A stretch of 64,000 nucleotides of DNA, taken from NCBI GenBank assembly GCA_965112735.1, contig OZ218951.1, positions 5,518,001 through 5,582,000 of the forward strand. The letters run 5' to 3'. The first letter of the stretch is position 1; the number at the start of each line of letters is the position of its first letter. The notes beneath the pieces are model-generated. The model was not told the DNA's origin. It saw only the letters and a program-made list of their open reading frames with translations, and ran no database searches. Position numbers and translations under genes: made by a program. The DNA comes from Phaeosaccion multiseriatum (lineage: Eukaryota; Protista; Ochrophyta, other classes). Shown here piece by piece: positions 59,377 to 64,000 of the stretch.

Positions 59377-62300
59377 ATGCTTGTCTTCGGACATACTGTG
59401 GTACCTGGGGAGGATCCCGATGGTGGAGAGCAGAGGACTGCTGGACCAGCTGGAGCGGGCGCGGTAGCCGCGACACACGCGGTGGATAACTTCGGGCCAC
59501 CCGGGGGGATGCATCCTTCCTTCGGCAGCTCTAGCGCGGAGCTCAAGGCAACTGTCAGTAAGCTGACCAAGCAGCAGCGATTGTGAGTACTGAGGAGATG
59601 ATTACGGAAAGGAATGGGTCTGTTCGCCTGTACTCAGCGATGACGTGCAGGGTCGCGTGGACAAGCTGATATCCTTTACTTGCTCTAGAGCTCTTGTGAT
59701 GGTAATCACCTTTACTTGCTCTAGAGCTCTTGTGATGGTAATCACCCTCCTCTTCTCCCACTGCTTTGTGCAGCCCGGCCCACCTTTCTCTTGTTACCTC
59801 CCTCTTACTCCCCCCTTCACTCCTACATCTCTCTGATCTCCCTTGTCTCTCCCGTCCCCCCCCCCTCCCCCCTTGGCGGCTGTATTGAACCACCCCCAAC
59901 CTCAGACTCCTACACGAGCTAGAACGAACAAGGAGAAAGCTCAAGGAGGAGATTGAAAGCAAGGTTACCCTCGCACAGTCACAGTCGCAGTCTGCCACCT
60001 TCGGCCACCGCCAGGGGTATGACCTCGGCAACATCACCACTGGCGGTGACTTGGATGTGGCGTCGCCTAGCAAGGGGTCACCCAAGAAGGCGTCGCCCAA
60101 GAGGCCCTCAAATGGTCTCACCACCGTCACCCAGCAGCATGGCGCTTGCACGGCGTCCCCCAGTAGAGCGGCGGGAGGAGGAGGAGGAGGAGGAGGAGGA
60201 GGAGGAGGAGGAGGAGGAGGAGGAGGAGGAGGAGGAGGAGGAGGAGGGGGAATGGAGGTGAAGACCAAAGTGGACATGCTCCCCGTGCTCTCCACCACAG
60301 GGGACTTTGCAATGGAGACGGGTCTTTCAGACTGCCCCCCTCGCCACTTACTGCCGGTGTTCCGCCTTCCGGAGGTGAGGCGAGTGGCCTCTACGGACTT
60401 CATCAATCGCCTGCCGAGGAACGAGAGTGCCGCCGAGCAGCGAGCCAAGGCGGAGGAGGAGAGGCACTTTGAGCTCATGAAGGAGAAGCTCGGACTCACC
60501 AGTGCAGATGTAAGAGACCTGGAGGTGCGCTTGACCGGGAGTACGAGAAGGGGAGCTGCAGATGGCGACGATCATGGAGGAGGAGAAGGTGCGGGGGGGC
60601 TGCCAGAGCCACCGTCTCCGGCGATGGCCTTTTATAACCGATACACTTCGACGGTGAAGCTGGCGACATCAGCAACAGGAGGAGGAGGAGGAGGGGGAGG
60701 GAGGAGAGGTCGGAAGAGGCCTCGAAATGGAACGAGAGGCGCGGGGCAGGCGGGACAGTCGGGGGCACAGGAGCAGCAGGATATCTATCTTGATCGGCCA
60801 ACGCCCCGTGCGCTGAAGGAGTGGGCAAGCACTGTGAATGGCACGACGGTGATGAATCACCAACACACTGGGCGGGGAGGAGGAGGAGGAGGAGGAGGCA
60901 TGGGCTCCACACTGGCACTGACGATGAAGGGGGAGTGGGGAACCGTCCGGCAAGAGATGGGAGGAGGAGGGAGTAGCGTGGTTGGAGGCGGGTTCGGGCT
61001 GACTGGTGTGGGGGATAGTCCGCACGACCTCCAGAGGCACCAACAGAGCGACATGACTCAGATCGAGGCCCTTCGAGAGGAGCTGAGTCGAAGCGTGGGG
61101 GTGGTCGGACACCTCACTCATGCGGTCAGGAGCGACGTGCTGGGGGTGGTGCACATGTGTCCGGTGAACAATCCGAGGGCGAAACGCTTCCTAAGGCAAT
61201 GGGCGTGCGAGCGCATCTTTACCGTGCTGGATGATATGATGTTCTCGTGGCTGGGAGCTTCCTTTGACAGGTATGTGTATGTGTGTGTGTATGTGTGTGT
61301 ATATGTGTGTGTATGTGTGTGTATGTGTGCGTATGTCTCTGTGTGTGTGTGTGGGTGTGTGAGTGTGTGTGTGTGGGTGTGTATGGGTGGGGGGGTGGGG
61401 TCGAGGGGGTTTACGGTGGGGTGGGGTGAGGTGGGGTGGGGGAGGGGTCAGGACGGGAAAGTTCCAAGCAAGCAGGAAGGACGGAAGGAAGAAAGGAAGG
61501 AAGAAAGGAAGAAAGGAAGAAAGGAAGGAAGAAAGGAAGAAAGAACAAGCAGAAAGGAAGGAAGGAAGGAGGGAAAAAAGAGAGGGAGGAAGGGAGGAAG
61601 GAAGGAAGGAAGGAAGGAAGAGAGGGAGGGAGGGAGGAAGGAAGGAAGGAAGGAAGGAAGGAATGAATGAAGGAAGGAAGAAAGAAAGGGAGGAAGGGAG
61701 GAAGGGAGGAAGGGAGGAAGGAGGGCTCGCTCTCTCGCCCCTTCCACACGTAACGGATGCAAACACCCTCACCTCCACGTAACGGATGCAAACACCCTCA
61801 CCTCCACGTAACGGATGCAAACACCCTCACCTCCACGTAACGGATGCAAACACCCTCACCTCCTCTAAGCCTGCCCTAACCCCTCCCCCACCCCTCCCCC
61901 CAATCAGATGGAACATGGCTGCTGCCCTCAAGCGCCGTGCCGAGAAGCTTGCCATATACAAAAAGTACCAGGGAGGGGCCAAGATTCAGCTCGTGCTTAA
62001 CGGTATGTACCTCCAGCGCGTCGCCAATGCTTGGAAGGTGTGGTCCAGCGCACGCGACGCGCATCGCCAGCAGGAGGCACACGAAGAGGAGGTGGGTAAG
62101 GTGTTTGAGTTTCAGTTTGACGTGTTGAGGTGCGTTTGTGTGTGCGGTTTGGAAAGAAGGCTAGAAAGGAAGACTGTTCGGGTTTTAGTTTGTTTGCCCG
62201 CTTCTGCACGTCTCCAATAACGACATCATAACGAACGATACCCCTATCAGATGGAGGCGATGCACTACATGCATACATATGTACATACATAACAACCTGG

Positions 62301-64000
62301 ATATCATCGGAATGTCTCATATCTTCCGTAGCCCAGCAACAAACACTGTCGGTACTTCAACAACGTGCACACCTCCCCTCTCGTTCTGTCTTTGGTCAGG
62401 TGCGGTGTGTGGTGATGCTCCAGAGGGCATTCCGAGGGCATGCGGCGCGCAACTATCGCCAGCAGCTGGCCAGTGTGGTGAAACACAAGCGTCGCCAGGA
62501 TGCAGCCACGCTTATCACCAAGGTGGTACGGGGCCGTGTGACGCGGTCGAGGCTCCATCTGCTGAGGAGGAGCATGGCGGAGGAGGAGGCAGGGGAGACG
62601 TTGTCGAGGGTGGCGAGGGGGTGGAAGGGGAGGAGGAGGGCGAGGGAGGCGAGGGAGAACAGGGCAAGGCTCTTCGTGGCCACGAGTATGCAGACAGTCT
62701 TTCGGGTCCGCAAGGCCATGGCCCTTGTCAGGTGAGGGCTGGGTGAGGGGGGGAAGGGAGTGAGGAGGAGGGAGGGAGGGAAGAAGGGAAGGAAGGAGGG
62801 AGGGAGGGAGGGAGAGGGGGAGAGGAGGGGGGGGGAGAGGGTGGGAGGGAGGGAGTAAGGAAGTGAGTGAGGGATTGAGTGAGGGAATAAGGGAGGGATG
62901 GAGTGAGAAAGTGAGTAAGTGAACCCAACCCAACACACCCCAACCCATTCCAATCCCCGCTGTCCGTAGAATCGCCCGTCAAGCCAAGAGAGAGTCAGTG
63001 GCGGCCACCACGATTCAGTGCATGGCGCGCTCCCGCAGTGCCAGAGACAAGGTCAGGGCCATTCTCCGCCGTCGGAGGGAGGACCGTAGCGCAGTTCGGT
63101 TACAGACTTTATCGCGGGTGTGGCTGGCCAAGCGACGGATACATCGAGTCAGGGAGGAGGCGGCGACGTCGTTGGGGGTCAGGACCGAGGCGGCGACGAA
63201 CATTCAGAGAGTGTTCCGCGGGCACCACTCGAGGGTGATCAACTCCATGAGTCTGAGGGTGGGGAGGGCGGTCAAGCAGCGGCAAGACGCCGCGGTCGTG
63301 GTGATGCAGCAGCTGGTGCGGCGACATCAGGCCAAGAAGAAGGTTGCCAAGTTGGGAAGACAGCGATGTCTACAGCGTATGGCCAATGCGCGTTTGTGGA
63401 AGGAAACGTGGAGCGAGGACGCAAATGCCTGGTTCTACCACAACGCTTCCACCGGAGAGGCGCTTTGGAGGCCACCTAAGACGGGCTACACCAAGGGGGA
63501 CGGTACCGAGAAACTCGTGTTGGAGACAGGGGAGGTGGTGGATGATCCGGAGGTGAACATGACGGACGAGGACAGGCTTGAACAGGTAAGGTGTAGGTGA
63601 AGGGGGAGGGGGGAAGGGGAAGGGTAGGGCAAGGGTTTACTTGTGGAAGCGTCGCTCTCTCTCTCTTTCTCTCTTTCGTTCACTCTCTCTCTCCTCCTGC
63701 TTTGATTTCCTCCACCCAGGCTAGTACAGACTGGGCGCTTCTGCTCTTCTCTCTCTGGCTAACTCTCCCTCTCCCCGCTCGCTCCTTTGACTCCCTCTCT
63801 CTCATACGACCCCTCCCCTCACCCCCCCCCTCTCCTCCCGTCCCCCAGGTCAACAAGCTCAAATGCGTCGAATGCGAAGACCGCCGCGCCTCCCGCCTGT
63901 GCGAGCAGTGCGGCGACAAGCTCTGCACAAGCTGCTTCAACGCCACCCACGCCACCGGCCGGAGGGCTCAGCACACTTGGTCCCGCATCGGCCCCATGGA
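59377..64000 (+). CDS. IQ-motif, WW-domain and B-box zinc-finger protein (3' end beyond the window)
   Basis: Exons: 59377-59582, 59906-61270, 61908-62091, 62400-62731, 62970-63585, 63849->64000. IQ motifs LQRAFRGHAAR, IQCMARSRSAR, IQRVFRGHHSR. WW: WKETWSEDANAWFYHNASTGEALWRPP. B-box: CVECEDRRASRLCEQCGDKLCTSCFNATHATGRRAQH. Confidence 0.85.
61747..61863. repeat. 29-bp tandem repeat x4 (CACGTAACGGATGCAAACACCCTCACCTC), intronic
   Basis: Perfect head-to-tail units with no spacers. Confidence 0.95.

Noticed and set aside
61747-61863. CRISPR-length 29-bp repeats
   Set aside because: The units are head-to-tail with no spacers, so this is an ordinary intronic minisatellite.
1-64000. Bacterial contamination or operon, suggested by topA, ruvC-like, trmB and pur genes
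   Set aside because: All of these genes have spliceosomal introns, most have eukaryotic targeting-type leaders, and they are interleaved with CCT2, SEC63 and a TKL kinase.

Overview
This is eukaryotic nuclear DNA: GC-rich and intron-rich, with introns packed with simple repeats. The bipartite plastid-type presequence on TrmB (signal peptide plus LTA|FTP) and the gene set suggest an ochrophyte (stramenopile) alga, which is an inference. I reconstructed 12 apparently intact genes by hand from splice sites and reading phase: a WRKY19-like zinc-finger protein, a bacterial-type topoisomerase IA fused to two HMG boxes, CCT2, a SEC63-like J-protein, a PH-domain protein, a RuvC-like Holliday-junction resolvase, a TKL/Raf-like kinase, MetAP1, TrmB, a coiled-coil protein, a PurH-N-like/PurD/PurN/PurM fusion, and an IQ/WW/B-box protein that runs off the window. 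There are also two decayed ankyrin copies. From topA onward the genes form six head-to-head pairs. The most unusual items are: (1) TopA-HMG-HMG and an intron-containing RuvC-like resolvase, both with twin-Met organellar-type N-termini, which together suggest an organellar nucleoid toolkit; (2) a purine fusion in D-N-M order with a degenerate IMP-cyclohydrolase/MGS domain at the N-terminus; (3) a 249-bp MITE-like element with 14-bp TIRs, a 6-bp TSD and an internal palindromic array; (4) repeated duplications of exon-intron junctions, including an in-frame intron bounded by 15-bp direct repeats; (5) short DNA motifs reused across introns, strands and reading frames. Most other ORFs in the supplied track are translations of microsatellites. 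No rRNA, tRNA or CRISPR-Cas was seen.
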